Positions 38,499 to 48,020 of a stretch of DNA of 64,000 nt are shown here, in pieces. The stretch is from Alphaproteobacteria bacterium (GTDB lineage: Bacteria; Pseudomonadota; Alphaproteobacteria; MPNO01; UBA830): the NCBI GenBank assembly GCA_965243135.1, contig OZ251539.1:2689812-2753811 (forward strand). Reading direction: 5' to 3'. Under the pieces are notes generated by a model. The model did not search any database, was not told where the DNA came from, and saw only the letters and a program-made list of their open reading frames with translations. Position 1 is the first letter of the stretch; every line of letters starts with the position of its first letter. The position numbers and the translations under genes were made by a program.

Positions 38499-39653
38499 TC
38501 AAACGGGCAGGGCCAGGATCCGCTTCGCCACGATGTTGCGCTGGATTTCGCTCGAACCGCCGTAAATCGTGGCGCGGCGGACCTGGAGGAAAAGCGGCGC
38601 CACCTCGACGGGCCCGTCTTCGGTTTCGACCGAACGCGCGGCTTCGCCGCCGGCGGCGTCGAGCAGCAGATCGGCGACGCGCTGCAGCAGCTCGGTGCCC
38701 GCGATTTTCAGGATCGAGGATTCGTGTCCGAGCGAGCGTTGCGCATTCGCGATTTCGGCCGCGTGCGCGAACATCGCCGCGAAGGCGACGGTTTCGATTT
38801 CGATCGCGGCGAGCCGTTCCCGAAACCCGGCGTCGTCCGCGGCGCCGGTCGCGCGGGCGACTTTTCCGACGCGCCGCAGCGCGTCGTAGAGAAGTCGCGG
38901 ATTCGCCGTCGCCAACCGTTCGCGGACGAGCAGAGCGTTGGCGACGCGCCAGCCGTCGTGCAGTTCGCCGACCACGTTCTCCAGCGGCACGCGCACGTCG
39001 TCGAGAAACACTTCGGCGAACTCCTCGTCTCCCGCGATGGTGCGGATGGGACGAACCTCGATCCCCGGCGTCTTCATGTCGATCAGCACGAAACTGATCC
39101 CGGCCTGCTTGCGCGACGCGCCGGGATCGGTGCGCACCAGCGCGAACATCCAGTGCGAATGCTGAGCCCATGTGGTCCATATCTTGGAGCCGTTGACGAC
39201 AAGGCGGTCGCCGACGATTTCGGCGCGGGTTCTGAGGCTGGCGAGATCCGATCCCGAGCCGGGCTCGGAATAACCCTGGCACCAGATAGCTTCACCGGCG
39301 ACGATGGGGGGCAGGAATCGCTCTTTTTGCGCCTCGGCGCCGAAGGTCATGAGAATCGGCCCGATATGATTGACGCCCTGTCCGGAAAGTTCCGGCGCAC
39401 CGGCGCGCGCGAGTTCTTCGGCGAGGATGATCTGCTCGTTCAGCGTCGCGTCCGCGCCGCCGTAGCGCCGAGGCCAGTGCGGAGCGAGCAATCCCTTGGC
39501 GCCGAGCTGCCGTTGCCACCGCATCGCGCGTTCGAACGGCGGCCTGGTGGACCAGCCGCGGAGATCGTCGGGCAACGTCGCGCCGATCCAGGCGCGCACT
39601 TCGGCCCGGAACGCCTTTTCCGCGGGGGTGTCCTTGCGAAAACCGATGACCAT
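38499..39653 (-). CDS. acyl-CoA dehydrogenase family protein
   Basis: Full 384-aa ORF. ACAD pattern: CQGYSEPGSGSDLASLRT, NGSKIWTT and a C-terminal IYGGSSEIQRNIVA. Confidence 0.9.
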   Translation of the reverse strand: MVIGFRKDTPAEKAFRAEVRAWIGATLPDDLRGWSTRPPFERAMRWQRQLGAKGLLAPHWPRRYGGADATLNEQIILAEELARAGAPELSGQGVNHIGPILMTFGAEAQKERFLPPIVAGEAIWCQGYSEPGSGSDLASLRTRAEIVGDRLVVNGSKIWTTWAQHSHWMFALVRTDPGASRKQAGISFVLIDMKTPGIEVRPIRTIAGDEEFAEVFLDDVRVPLENVVGELHDGWRVANALLVRERLATANPRLLYDALRRVGKVARATGAADDAGFRERLAAIEIETVAFAAMFAHAAEIANAQRSLGHESSILKIAGTELLQRVADLLLDAAGGEAARSVETEDGPVEVAPLFLQVRRATIYGGSSEIQRNIVAKRILALPV

Positions 39654-39793
39654 GCGGGCAGATTATCGGTTTGCGCCCGCCGTGCACAGGCCCGGCGAAG
39701 AACGGAAACGGACAAGGACCGCCCGCGCGAGACGAGCTGTCCGGTTGCCCGTCGCCGCGCCCTCCGGTATGCGTGCAGCGAGGGAGAACGGCG

Positions 39794-40954
39794 ATGAAGC
39801 GCGGCGACGGGCGAATTCTGACCACCCATGTCGGCAGCCTGCCGAGACCGGGGCGGCTGATCGAAACGATGATCGCGGAGGATCGGGGCGTCGCCATCGA
39901 TCGCGAGGCTCGCGACGCCGAGCTGAGGGCGGCGGTCGACGAGGTCGTCGCTCGCCAAGTCTCGACGGGGATAGACATCGTCGACGACGGCGAATTCTCG
40001 AAACGGGGTTTTTCCGTTTACGCCAACGAACGGCTGGCGGGCTACGAAATTCGGCCGAAGCGGAGGGGCATCCCGTGGGCCGGCTCGCGCGAGGCGCTGG
40101 CGTTTCCGGAGTTCTACGAGGCCGCGCTGCCTCGCGGTTCGGCGCCGCGAGCGGAGGAGGCGGTCTGCACGGGTCCGGTTTCGTACAAGGGGCAGGCCCA
40201 GCTTGCGCGGGACATTGCGAACCTGCGGGCGGCCGTCGACGCTCACGGGGCGGAAGAAGCGTTCGTTCCCGCGATCTCGCCGGTCGACGTCGCGGGCAAC
40301 CAGAAGAACGAGCATTACGCGACATCGGAAGACTTTCTTTACGCGGTCGCCGACGCCATGAGGGAAGAATACCGAGCCATCGTGGATGCGGGGTTTGTCC
40401 TGCAGATCGACGATCCGCATCTGGTAACCCACTACGTCAAGACTCCGGGCCTGGAACTGACCGATTACCGCAAATGGGCGGAAGCGCAGGTGGAAGCGAT
40501 AAACTATTCCCTCGACGGCATTCCCGAAGAGCGGGTTCGCTATCATACCTGCTACGGAATCAACATGGGGCCGAGGGTTCACGAGGTGGAACTCGGCTGG
40601 GTCCTGGATATCGTGCTCCGGGTCAGGGCCGGAAGCTATTCGTTCGAAGCGGCCAATCCGCGCCACGAACACGAATGGCGGCTGTGGGAGAACGCGCGCT
40701 TGCCGGACGGCAAGGCGCTGATTCCCGGAGTGATCACCCATTCGTCGGTGCTCGTCGAACATCCGGAACTCGTGGCCGAGCGCATCCGGCGCTTTGCCGG
40801 GCTGGTCGGCCGGGACAACGTGATCGCGGGCGGCGATTGCGGGTTCGGGACCCAGGCCAGCGCCGAGCCGGAGATCGATCCCGCCATCGTCTGGGCGAAA
40901 CTGGAGGCTCTGGCCGAAGGAGCTCGCATCGCCACTTCCGATCTGTGGCCGTAG
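39794..40954 (+). CDS. cobalamin-independent methionine synthase II family protein (MetE C-terminal-domain-like)
   Basis: ATG at 39794 after GAGGGAGAA. MKRGDGRILTTHVGSLPRP...HTCYGINMG...GGDCGFG. Confidence 0.85.
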   Translation: MKRGDGRILTTHVGSLPRPGRLIETMIAEDRGVAIDREARDAELRAAVDEVVARQVSTGIDIVDDGEFSKRGFSVYANERLAGYEIRPKRRGIPWAGSREALAFPEFYEAALPRGSAPRAEEAVCTGPVSYKGQAQLARDIANLRAAVDAHGAEEAFVPAISPVDVAGNQKNEHYATSEDFLYAVADAMREEYRAIVDAGFVLQIDDPHLVTHYVKTPGLELTDYRKWAEAQVEAINYSLDGIPEERVRYHTCYGINMGPRVHEVELGWVLDIVLRVRAGSYSFEAANPRHEHEWRLWENARLPDGKALIPGVITHSSVLVEHPELVAERIRRFAGLVGRDNVIAGGDCGFGTQASAEPEIDPAIVWAKLEALAEGARIATSDLWP

Positions 40955-41103
40955 GCTGAACGGCGCCCGTGGGGAGATGGGCCATGCGCAACCAGGCCGC
41001 CGGCCGCGAATGAACTCTTTCGCGAATCGAAGACTTCGCGGCGGCGCTCGCCGTTCGAGAATTCCAGAACGCGACGCCGAGATCCGCCCCGTATCGCGTC
41101 GTT

Positions 41104-41323
41104 TTCAATGCGCGCCGTTCGAACCCGGAAAGGTTATGTCGCGCGCGGCGCAAGGTTCGGGTGCACCGCACTCAGAGTCGCATGCTGCCGGGCGGACATG
41201 CTTTCGTACTGACTTCAATGCGCGCCGTTCGAACCCGGAAAGGTTATGTCGCGCGCGGCGCAAGGTTCGGGTGCACCGCACTCAGAGTCGCATGCTGCCG
41301 GGCGGACATGCTTTCGTACTGAC
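41104..41323. repeat. perfect 110-bp tandem duplication (2 copies)
   Basis: 41104..41213 and 41214..41323 read identically (ttcaatgcgcgccgttcgaacccggaaaggttatgtcgcgcgcggcgcaagg...ctttcgtactgac). The region is intergenic. Confidence 0.9.
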
Positions 41324-41543
41324 GGTCGGCCGTCCGCACGGCCCTCGCGGACTTGTCGGCGGACGGAGTGCCGGTCGCCGAGCGGACGGCAAAGAATCGG
41401 CGCGGCGCGAACGCTTCTCGCTTCGGCGGCGACGGTCTTTTCCATGTCGTGATATCGAGCGAATCGTCGGCAGCGATTCTTCCGGCGGGTCTCGGGTAAG
41501 AATCCCAACTCCGCGGCCGAGCGTTTTCGCGGGTCCGCCCGCT

Positions 41544-41912
41544 TCAGCGGCGCTTGTCGAAAAACGCGAAAAGTTCCTCGGAGGTCCGACTGACGGCGAC
41601 GTGGGCCGTCGCTTCCTGAAACCGTTCGGGGTCGACGATGCCGTCGAGCATGGATTTCAAGCGTTCTCCCGCTTCGTCGCCGAACCGTTCGGCCGCAAGC
41701 CTGGCCATGAGTTCGCGGTTCAAAGCCATGGACGCCTCGGCCCTTGCGTCGGACGCCTCGGCTCTTGCGTCGAACGCCTCGGCCCTTTCCACGGCCGCGT
41801 CGGCTCTTGCGTCGGCCGCAAGCGCCCTTTCCACGGCCGCATCGTAATGTTGAGCGAATCCGGTCATCGATCCTTCAAGTGCAGTCTCTGGCAAGAAGTT
41901 CCACGGCCCCAA
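41544..41912 (-). CDS. free-standing copy (C) of the Rpn C-terminal helical module
   Basis: 122-aa ORF (TTG start). An internal ATG (MTGFAQHYD) at 41867 has GAAGGA upstream. It ends ...ERLKSMLDGIVDPERFQEATAHVAVSRTSEELFAFFDKRR, nearly identical to the C-terminus of the 42241..43740 protein. Confidence 0.5.
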   Translation of the reverse strand: MGPWNFLPETALEGSMTGFAQHYDAAVERALAADARADAAVERAEAFDARAEASDARAEASMALNRELMARLAAERFGDEAGERLKSMLDGIVDPERFQEATAHVAVSRTSEELFAFFDKRR

Positions 41913-41923
41913 AATCGCCCGCT

Positions 41924-42229
41924 TCAGCGGCGCTTGTCGAAAAACGCGAAAAGTTCATCGGAGGTCAGACTGTCGGCGACATGCGCCGTCGCTTCCTGAA
42001 ATCGTTCGGGGTCGACGATGCCGTCGAGCATGGATTTCAAGCGTTCTCCCGCTTCGGCGCCGAACCTTTCGGCCGCAAGCTTGGCCACGAGTTCGCGGCT
42101 CAAAGCCACGGCCGCGTCGGCCCTCGCGTCGGACGCAAGCGCCCTTTCCACGGCCGCATCGTAATGTTGAGCGAATCCGGTCATCGATCCTTCAAGTGCA
42201 GTCTCTGGCAAGAAGTTCCACGGCCCCAA
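41924..42229 (-). CDS. free-standing copy (B) of the Rpn C-terminal helical module
   Basis: 101-aa ORF (TTG start; internal ATG at 42184 with GAAGGA upstream). The last 40 aa differ from the parent C-terminus by one residue (M for V). Confidence 0.5.
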   Translation of the reverse strand: MGPWNFLPETALEGSMTGFAQHYDAAVERALASDARADAAVALSRELVAKLAAERFGAEAGERLKSMLDGIVDPERFQEATAHVADSLTSDELFAFFDKRR

Positions 42230-42240
42230 AATCGCCCGCT

Positions 42241-43740
42241 TCAGCGGCGCTTGTCGAAAAACGCGAAAAGTTCATCGGAGGTCAGACTGTCGGCGACATG
42301 CGCCGTCGCTTCCTGAAATCGTTCGGGGTCGACGATGCCGTCGAGCACGGATTTCAAGCGTTCTCCCGCTTCGGTGCCGAACCTTTCGGCCGCTAGCTTG
42401 GCCACGAGTTCGCGGTTCAAAGCCATGGACGCCTCGGCCCTCGCGTCGGACGCCTCGGCCCTCGCGTCGGACGCAAGTGCCCTTTCCACGGCCGCATCGT
42501 AATGTTGAGCGAATCCGGTCATCAGTATCGATCCTTCAAGTGCAGTCTCAGGGAACCATTCTGACCCGAGCGCCGTCATTGTCAACAGAAGATGGCGCAA
42601 CGGTTCGTCCACCGGCAGAAGCCTGTCAAGCTCCTCGCAGGCGCGCAACGTGTCGGCGGGGTCGCCTTGATGCAGCCGGAAATAAGCCGCCGCGGGATTG
42701 TCTTGGTACGCGGAATAGTCCATCCGTTGGACGTCGTGCACCACATACCGCGCCGGCGTTCTGTAGGGCTCGAGGAAGGCATGCTTCGGCGGAGCTATCA
42801 GCCTTTCCGCGTCGTCGGCTGCATTCCAGGCGTCGGCTCCCGTGTGGACGACGACCGGAACGGTGAACGGAACCCGGTCGTCGGCATCCAGGAGATCCTT
42901 GTGGTTCCGTCGGATGGTTCTTGTGAGTTCGATCCGGTAGGACGCCATCCGTTCCGCCATAGCGCGGTCGACAGCGGATTGGAACTCGACGATGAAGGAA
43001 AGCGGCTCTGAGTCCTGCGGTTCGAGGACCAAGATCATATCGCTGCGGAGGGCACGGCTGAGCGAGTGGGACACGAGTTCCCCGTCGATGCGTCGAATGG
43101 CCGCGTCTTCCGGCACCAGATCGGCCGGCAGGACAGTCCGCAGCAGGCCCCGCGCCATTACGGGATACCCGAAAACGAACCGGGCTATCGCGTCGTGCGG
43201 ATAACGTCCCGGCCTGCCCAGCATCCGCAGCGGGGTCCGGTCTCGCGGGTCCTTGAGAGCAGGGTTCCCGCCGCATCCGACCAAAGCGACGAACGCGGCG
43301 TAGTTCTCGTTGCGGGCGGCGTAGTGAAGCGGCGAGAACCCCCGATTGTCCGCGGCGTCGAGACCGGCGCCCGCCGCGGCCAGAGCCTCGATGGCGGCCG
43401 CATTCCCGTCGCGGGCAGCGTAGTGAAGCGCCGTTCGCCCGTTCCGGTCCCCGGCGTCGAGGCCGGCGCCCGCCGCGGCCAGAGCCTCGATGGCGGCCGC
43501 GTTCCCGTAGCGAGCGGCGTAGTGAAGCGCCGTTCGCCCGTTCCGGTCCCCGGCGTCGAGGCCGGCGCCCGCCGCGGCCAAGGAAGCGATGTGCGCCGCG
43601 CCCTTTTTCGGGACCCTGGCGGCGTAATGGAGAAGGGTCCGGCCCTTTCGGTCTTTCGGGTTGTTGTGCCGACGGAACAATTCGACGATGAATTCTGGGG
43701 ACCCCGTCCTGACGGCGGCGGCGAGCTGTCGTTTCTTCAT
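42241..43740 (-). CDS. ankyrin-repeat protein fused to an Rpn-family (YhgA-like, PD-(D/E)XK) recombination-promoting nuclease/putative transposase
   Basis: Start MKKRQLAAAV at 43740. About four ankyrin repeats (GRTLLHYAAR..., GRTALHYAARYGNAAAIEALAAAGAGLDA x2, GFSPLHYAARNEN). The Rpn core follows: HDAIARFVFGYP...LRSDMILVLE...SFIVEFQSAVDRAMAERMASY...VPVVVHTGADAW...YVVHDVQRMD, then a helical C-terminus. Confidence 0.75.
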   Translation of the reverse strand: MKKRQLAAAVRTGSPEFIVELFRRHNNPKDRKGRTLLHYAARVPKKGAAHIASLAAAGAGLDAGDRNGRTALHYAARYGNAAAIEALAAAGAGLDAGDRNGRTALHYAARDGNAAAIEALAAAGAGLDAADNRGFSPLHYAARNENYAAFVALVGCGGNPALKDPRDRTPLRMLGRPGRYPHDAIARFVFGYPVMARGLLRTVLPADLVPEDAAIRRIDGELVSHSLSRALRSDMILVLEPQDSEPLSFIVEFQSAVDRAMAERMASYRIELTRTIRRNHKDLLDADDRVPFTVPVVVHTGADAWNAADDAERLIAPPKHAFLEPYRTPARYVVHDVQRMDYSAYQDNPAAAYFRLHQGDPADTLRACEELDRLLPVDEPLRHLLLTMTALGSEWFPETALEGSILMTGFAQHYDAAVERALASDARAEASDARAEASMALNRELVAKLAAERFGTEAGERLKSVLDGIVDPERFQEATAHVADSLTSDELFAFFDKRR

Positions 43741-44243
43741 TCTTCCGATCCCTGCTTGCGACTGTCGTGCGCTCAATGTTTCCGAACTCCGTTTCCGCCC
43801 CTGAGAAGCGGACCGCGGACCGCCGCCGAGGCGCGGCCCGCAGGCTTCGTCGCAGCCGAACGCCGGACATCGTCCGTCCGGCAAGGCTGCGGCTGCGTTC
43901 GCCTTAATGCCATGAAACGGCGGAACCGTCAAGGGGGAAATTCGCCGACGAAGCATCGAGGGTTCGGCGGCGCCGGAAGACGCGTTCCGGCATTCCCGGC
44001 GGTTCCGACGACGACGGATTCTTTCGAAGCGCGCTGGCGTCCCGCGAAAATCCCGCGTTCCCGCCGTTCGGGTCGTCTCCGCTCGCCCTTCGGAGACGCT
44101 TGCCTGGACGCCGCGCAGCCGGCCTGAACCGGAAAGATCGTCCGGCGCCCTGACGCCGCGACCGCGTTCCGCAGGCTTGACAGCCGTTTCCAGGGGGCGT
44201 AAACGTCGGGCCGACGAGGGCCCAATTTTTCGAGATCCGCAAG

Positions 44244-44534
44244 ATGTCCAGACGCTGCTCGATGACGGGAAAAGGCGTGATGACCGGCAACAATGTCAGT
44301 CACGCGCACAACAAGACGCGCCGGCGCTTTCTGCCCAACCTCCAGAACACGTCGCTCCTGTCCGATGCGCTCGGCCGCGTGGTCAGGCTCAAGCTTTCCG
44401 TGCGCGCCATTCGCGCGATCGAGCACAAGGGGGGACTCGACGCCTATCTTCTGGCGACGCCCGACAGGCGGCTGCCGGAGGAGGCTCGCGCTCTGAAGCG
44501 CAAGATAAGGAAGGCGTCGGCAGTCGCCGGCTGA
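44244..44534 (+). CDS. rpmB: 50S ribosomal protein L28
   Basis: [34 protein letters not shown] is the canonical L28 N-terminus. Confidence 0.95.
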   Translation: MSRRCSMTGKGVMTGNNVSHAHNKTRRRFLPNLQNTSLLSDALGRVVRLKLSVRAIRAIEHKGGLDAYLLATPDRRLPEEARALKRKIRKASAVAG

Positions 44535-44564
44535 GGGTTCGCCGCTCCACCCGAAGAAACGGCC

Positions 44565-44597
44565 GCCGGAACTCCGCGCGCAGCGCCTCCGGCTTTT
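44565..44597 (+). terminator. possible intrinsic terminator after rpmB
   Basis: GCCGGA (44565-44570) pairs with TCCGGC (44588-44593) and is followed by TTTT. The loop is long (17 nt), so the call is weak. Confidence 0.3.
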
Positions 44598-44618
44598 CAG
44601 GAACGCTTGGGCAGCGCC

Positions 44619-46472
44619 CTACGCGGCGCGCCGCCGCCGGCGCAGCGTTTCCGCTTCCTCGTCGAATAGTTCCGCAAGGCTGTCGAGCATCGTGCCGCCG
44701 AGTTGCTCGGCATCCACGATCGTCACGGCGCGGGTGTAGTAACGGGTGACGTCATGGCCGATGCCGATCGCCGTAAGCTCCGCTTCGGGACGTTCCTCGA
44801 TCATGGCGATCACGTCCCTCAGGTGCTTTTCGAGATAGGTCCCGGAATTGACCGACAGCGTGGAATCGTCGACCGGCGCGCCGTCCGAAATCACCATCAG
44901 GATCTTTCGCTGTTCCGCGCGCGCCAGCAGGCGTCCGTGGGCCCACAGCAGAGCTTCGCCGTCGATGTTTTCCTTGAGCAAGCCTTCGCGCAGCATCAGG
45001 CCGAGCGACTTGCGCGCCCGGCGCCACGGCGCGTCGGCCGCCTTGTAGACGATGTGGCGCAGGTCGTTGAGCCGTCCGGGATTGGCCGGCTTGCCGTCGG
45101 CGAGCCAGCGCTCCCGCGCCTGTCCGCCTTTCCACGCCCGAGTCGTGAAGCCGAGAATCTCCACCTTGACGCCGCAACGTTCCAGCGTGCGCGCGAGGAT
45201 GTCGGCGCTCATGGCGGCGACCGTGATCGGGCGGCCGCGCATCGACCCCGAATTGTCGATCAGCAGGCTTACGACGGTATCGCGAAACTCCGTTTGCTTT
45301 TCGACCTTGTAGGAAAGAGGGTGAAGCGGATTCGTGATCACTCGGGACAACCTTCCCGCGTCGAGCAGCCCTTCCTCCAGGTCGAACTGCCATGAGCGCG
45401 ATTGCTGGGCGAGAAGCCGGCGTTGCAACCGGTTGGCGAGGCGTCCGATGACGCCTTGCAAGCTGGAGAGCTGTTGGTCGAGATGATTGCGCAGCCGGGT
45501 CAATTCGTCCGGATCGCAAAGGTCTTCCGCGCCGACGACCTCGTCGAAATCGACGAGGTAGGGACGGTACGGCGGTTGGCGCGGCTGGTCGGAAAGGCCG
45601 TCCGGACGGCGTTGACGCTCCGACCGGTCGCCGTCCTCGTCGCCGGTGCCGGGCATCATTTCCTCCTGCCCTTGCTCCGACATCGATTCGTCGCCTTCCT
45701 CCGCGTCCGCATCCTCCATGTCGGCGCTTTCCGATCCGGCCATCTCGGCGGAAACGCCTTCCGAGTCGTCCGCTTCCGAATCCTCGGAGTCCTGGTCTTC
45801 GGCGCGCTCGCCTTCTTCTCCCTCTTCCCGTTCGGTCGCTTCGGCGTCCTCGTCGATGAGGTCGAGGTCCGCGAGAAGCTCGTTCAGCGCGTCGGCGTAG
45901 GCCTGCTGGTCGGCGACGGCATCGCAGAGCCGTTCGAAACCGAGGTCGATCTTGTCCGTGATCCAGTCGCGCCATAGCCCGACGAGCTGCCGTCCGCCGT
46001 CGGGCAGTTCTTCGCCGGTGAGCGCTTCCCGCACCATCAGACCGAGAGCCTCCGACAGGGGCGCGTCCTCGCGCACGTTGACTCGCGTGTAGCCGAAGGC
46101 GTCGCATCGATCCTCGAGCGCCGTTCGCAGGTTTTCGGCGACGCCTGCCATCATGCGCGCTCCGAGCGCTTCCACGCGGACGCGTTCGAGGGATTCGAAG
46201 ACGTTGCGCGCGTTTTCGCTCCTCGGCGCGCGGGTCGCATGGAGATCTTCGTCGTGATATCTGAGGCGCAAGGCCATGGCGTCGGCTTCGCCGCGCAGGG
46301 AAGCTTTCTCGCGGTCCGTGAAGTCGCGCGACGGCATCGGAAGGCGCGCCTGGTTGTCGATCAGCCGGGCCTCCGAACCGTAGGCAAGCGTGACATCCTC
46401 CCGGCCGGCGATGGCGCGCATGGCCGCCGCGGTCACGCGGCGGAATTCCTCGGCGGGCTGATTGTCGCTCAT
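44619..46472 (-). CDS. cobT: cobaltochelatase subunit CobT
   Basis: Full 617-aa ORF with an acidic central linker and a C-terminal vWA-like domain ([14 protein letters not shown]...). It lies directly downstream of cobS. Confidence 0.9.
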   Translation of the reverse strand: MSDNQPAEEFRRVTAAAMRAIAGREDVTLAYGSEARLIDNQARLPMPSRDFTDREKASLRGEADAMALRLRYHDEDLHATRAPRSENARNVFESLERVRVEALGARMMAGVAENLRTALEDRCDAFGYTRVNVREDAPLSEALGLMVREALTGEELPDGGRQLVGLWRDWITDKIDLGFERLCDAVADQQAYADALNELLADLDLIDEDAEATEREEGEEGERAEDQDSEDSEADDSEGVSAEMAGSESADMEDADAEEGDESMSEQGQEEMMPGTGDEDGDRSERQRRPDGLSDQPRQPPYRPYLVDFDEVVGAEDLCDPDELTRLRNHLDQQLSSLQGVIGRLANRLQRRLLAQQSRSWQFDLEEGLLDAGRLSRVITNPLHPLSYKVEKQTEFRDTVVSLLIDNSGSMRGRPITVAAMSADILARTLERCGVKVEILGFTTRAWKGGQARERWLADGKPANPGRLNDLRHIVYKAADAPWRRARKSLGLMLREGLLKENIDGEALLWAHGRLLARAEQRKILMVISDGAPVDDSTLSVNSGTYLEKHLRDVIAMIEERPEAELTAIGIGHDVTRYYTRAVTIVDAEQLGGTMLDSLAELFDEEAETLRRRRRAA

Positions 46473-46479
46473 CCGGTGT

Positions 46480-47478
46480 TCAGGCCGCCGTCTGCACCTG
46501 CTTCAGTTCGGGAAGATCTTCGCCGAAGCAACGCTGATAGTATTCGGCGACCGTCGCCCGTTCGAGCTCGTCGCACTTGTTCAGGAACGTCATTCGGAAT
46601 CCGGTCGCGATGTCTCCGAAGATGTCGGTGTTCTCCGCCCAGGTGATCACCGTCCGGGGCGACATGACCGTCGAAATGTCCCCGGCCATGAAGCCCGCCC
46701 GCGAGAGGTCGGCGACCCGCACCATCGAATCGATCATCCTGCGGCCGTTCTCGTCGTCGAACTGCGGCGTCTTGGACAGCACGATCGCAACCTCCTCCTC
46801 GTGCGGGAGGTAGTTCAGCGTCGTCACCAGGTTCCAGCGGTCGAGTTGCCCCTGATTGATCTGTTGGGTGCCGTGGTAAAGGCCGGTCGTATCGCCCAGC
46901 CCGACGGTGTTCGCGGTCGCGAGCAGCCGGAAGGCGGGATGCGGCCGCAGGACCCTGTTCTGGTCGAGCAGCGTCATCCTGCCGTCGGTTTCGAGGACGC
47001 GCTGGATGACGAACATCACGTCCGGGCGTCCGGCGTCGTATTCGTCGAAGACCAGCGCGACGGGATGCTGCAGCGCCCAGGGAAGTATTCCGTCGCGGAA
47101 TTCGGTTACCTGCTTGCCGTCGCGGATCACGATCGCATCCTTGCCGATCAGGTCGATCCGGCTGATGTGGCTGTCGAGATTGACGCGCACGCAGGGCCAG
47201 TTGAGTCGGGCCGCCACCTGTTCGATATGGGTCGATTTTCCGGTGCCGTGATAGCCCTGTATCAGCAGCCGCCGATTGTGGGCGAAGGCGACGAGGATCG
47301 CCAGCGTCGTATCGCGATCGAAGCAATAGGTCGGGTCCATGTCCGGAACGTATTCCGTCGCCCGCCGGAAAGCGGGCACCTCCATGTCCATGTCGATGTC
47401 GAAGACCCTGCGCGCGGATACGGTCTTATCCGGCCTGTCGATTTCGCTGATGTCAGCACTCTGTTTTGCGGAAGCCAT
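46480..47478 (-). CDS. cobS: cobaltochelatase subunit CobS (AAA+ MoxR-type)
   Basis: Full 332-aa ORF with Walker [10 protein letters not shown] and [12 protein letters not shown]. Confidence 0.93.
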   Translation of the reverse strand: MASAKQSADISEIDRPDKTVSARRVFDIDMDMEVPAFRRATEYVPDMDPTYCFDRDTTLAILVAFAHNRRLLIQGYHGTGKSTHIEQVAARLNWPCVRVNLDSHISRIDLIGKDAIVIRDGKQVTEFRDGILPWALQHPVALVFDEYDAGRPDVMFVIQRVLETDGRMTLLDQNRVLRPHPAFRLLATANTVGLGDTTGLYHGTQQINQGQLDRWNLVTTLNYLPHEEEVAIVLSKTPQFDDENGRRMIDSMVRVADLSRAGFMAGDISTVMSPRTVITWAENTDIFGDIATGFRMTFLNKCDELERATVAEYYQRCFGEDLPELKQVQTAA

Positions 47479-47516
47479 TCTGTTCCCCGAACGAAGACGC
47501 GGAGGAGCGCGCCGCG

Positions 47517-48020
47517 CTATCGGCTGCCGTTCCTCAAAGTCGCATAGGCGCGATTGACGGACTTTAACCGTTCTTCGGCCCTCTTGTCGCCCCCGTTCGC
47601 GTCGGGGTGCAGTTTTTTGGCGAGAAGCCTATAGCGCCGGCTGACTTCGCCGCGGTCGACCGGCGGTTCGAGGCCCAGCGTCGCGAGCGCCCGGCGCTCG
47701 GCATCGGGCGTCGCGGCGGGAGGCGCGTCCCGGCCGAGCGCGTCGAACGGGTCCCGGAACGGTTCGAAGCGCGGCGGGCGGTCGCCGAGCGGCCATGTCG
47801 GGCGGTTCCAGACGGTATCGTCCTTGATTTGGGCTTCCACCGCATGGCGATCCATGCCCGCGCAGTAGTCCCATGCGGCGTTGTATTCGCGAACGTGCTT
47901 CAGGCAGAAGCTATGGAATTCGCCCGGTCGCCGCGGCGAAACGGGCGCGCGAAATTTTCCGGCGTCGCCGCAGTCGGGATGGTCGCACGGGCCGTCCTCG
48001 TCTCGCATGTCGCTTCGCAT
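47517..48020 (-). CDS. J-domain protein (C-terminal DnaJ domain)
   Basis: [18 protein letters not shown]...[10 protein letters not shown]... with a C-terminal J domain ([16 protein letters not shown]) carrying the HPD motif. The start is uncertain because no clear SD is present. Confidence 0.7.
   Translation of the reverse strand: MRSDMRDEDGPCDHPDCGDAGKFRAPVSPRRPGEFHSFCLKHVREYNAAWDYCAGMDRHAVEAQIKDDTVWNRPTWPLGDRPPRFEPFRDPFDALGRDAPPAATPDAERRALATLGLEPPVDRGEVSRRYRLLAKKLHPDANGGDKRAEERLKSVNRAYATLRNGSR

Larger units (their letters stand above)
41537..42550. repeat. three tandem repeat units of about 379, 317 and 318 bp (3' end of the Rpn gene plus two downstream copies)
   Basis: Each unit starts cgcccgcttcagcggcgcttgtcgaaaaacgcgaaaagttc (near 41537, 41916 and 42233). 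Copies B and C end ...gcaagaagttccacggccccaaaat. Length differences come from a 21-bp internal repeat. A fourth, degenerate partial copy is visible near 41400-41508 (FLPET...FARYHD). Confidence 0.85.

Noticed and set aside
39654-39793. A possible riboswitch (cobalamin or SAM class) in the 140-nt leader of the metE-like gene.
   Set aside because: I could not find a B12-box-like element or other class-defining motif by eye, and the leader is short. An Rfam scan would be needed for any positive claim.
40977-41999. A 340-aa plus-strand ORF, and ORFs 41744..42316 and 42196..42396 (+), running through the repeat region.
   Set aside because: They are antisense translations of the tandem Rpn-tail units and the 110-bp duplication. 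Their repetitive sequence mirrors the DNA repeats and they have no independent support.
43380-43577. Two nearly identical 99-bp tandem units.
   Set aside because: They are explained by consecutive 33-aa ankyrin repeats (DAGDRNGRTALHYAAR.GNAAAIEALAAAGAGL) within the Rpn fusion gene. They are not an independent repeat element.
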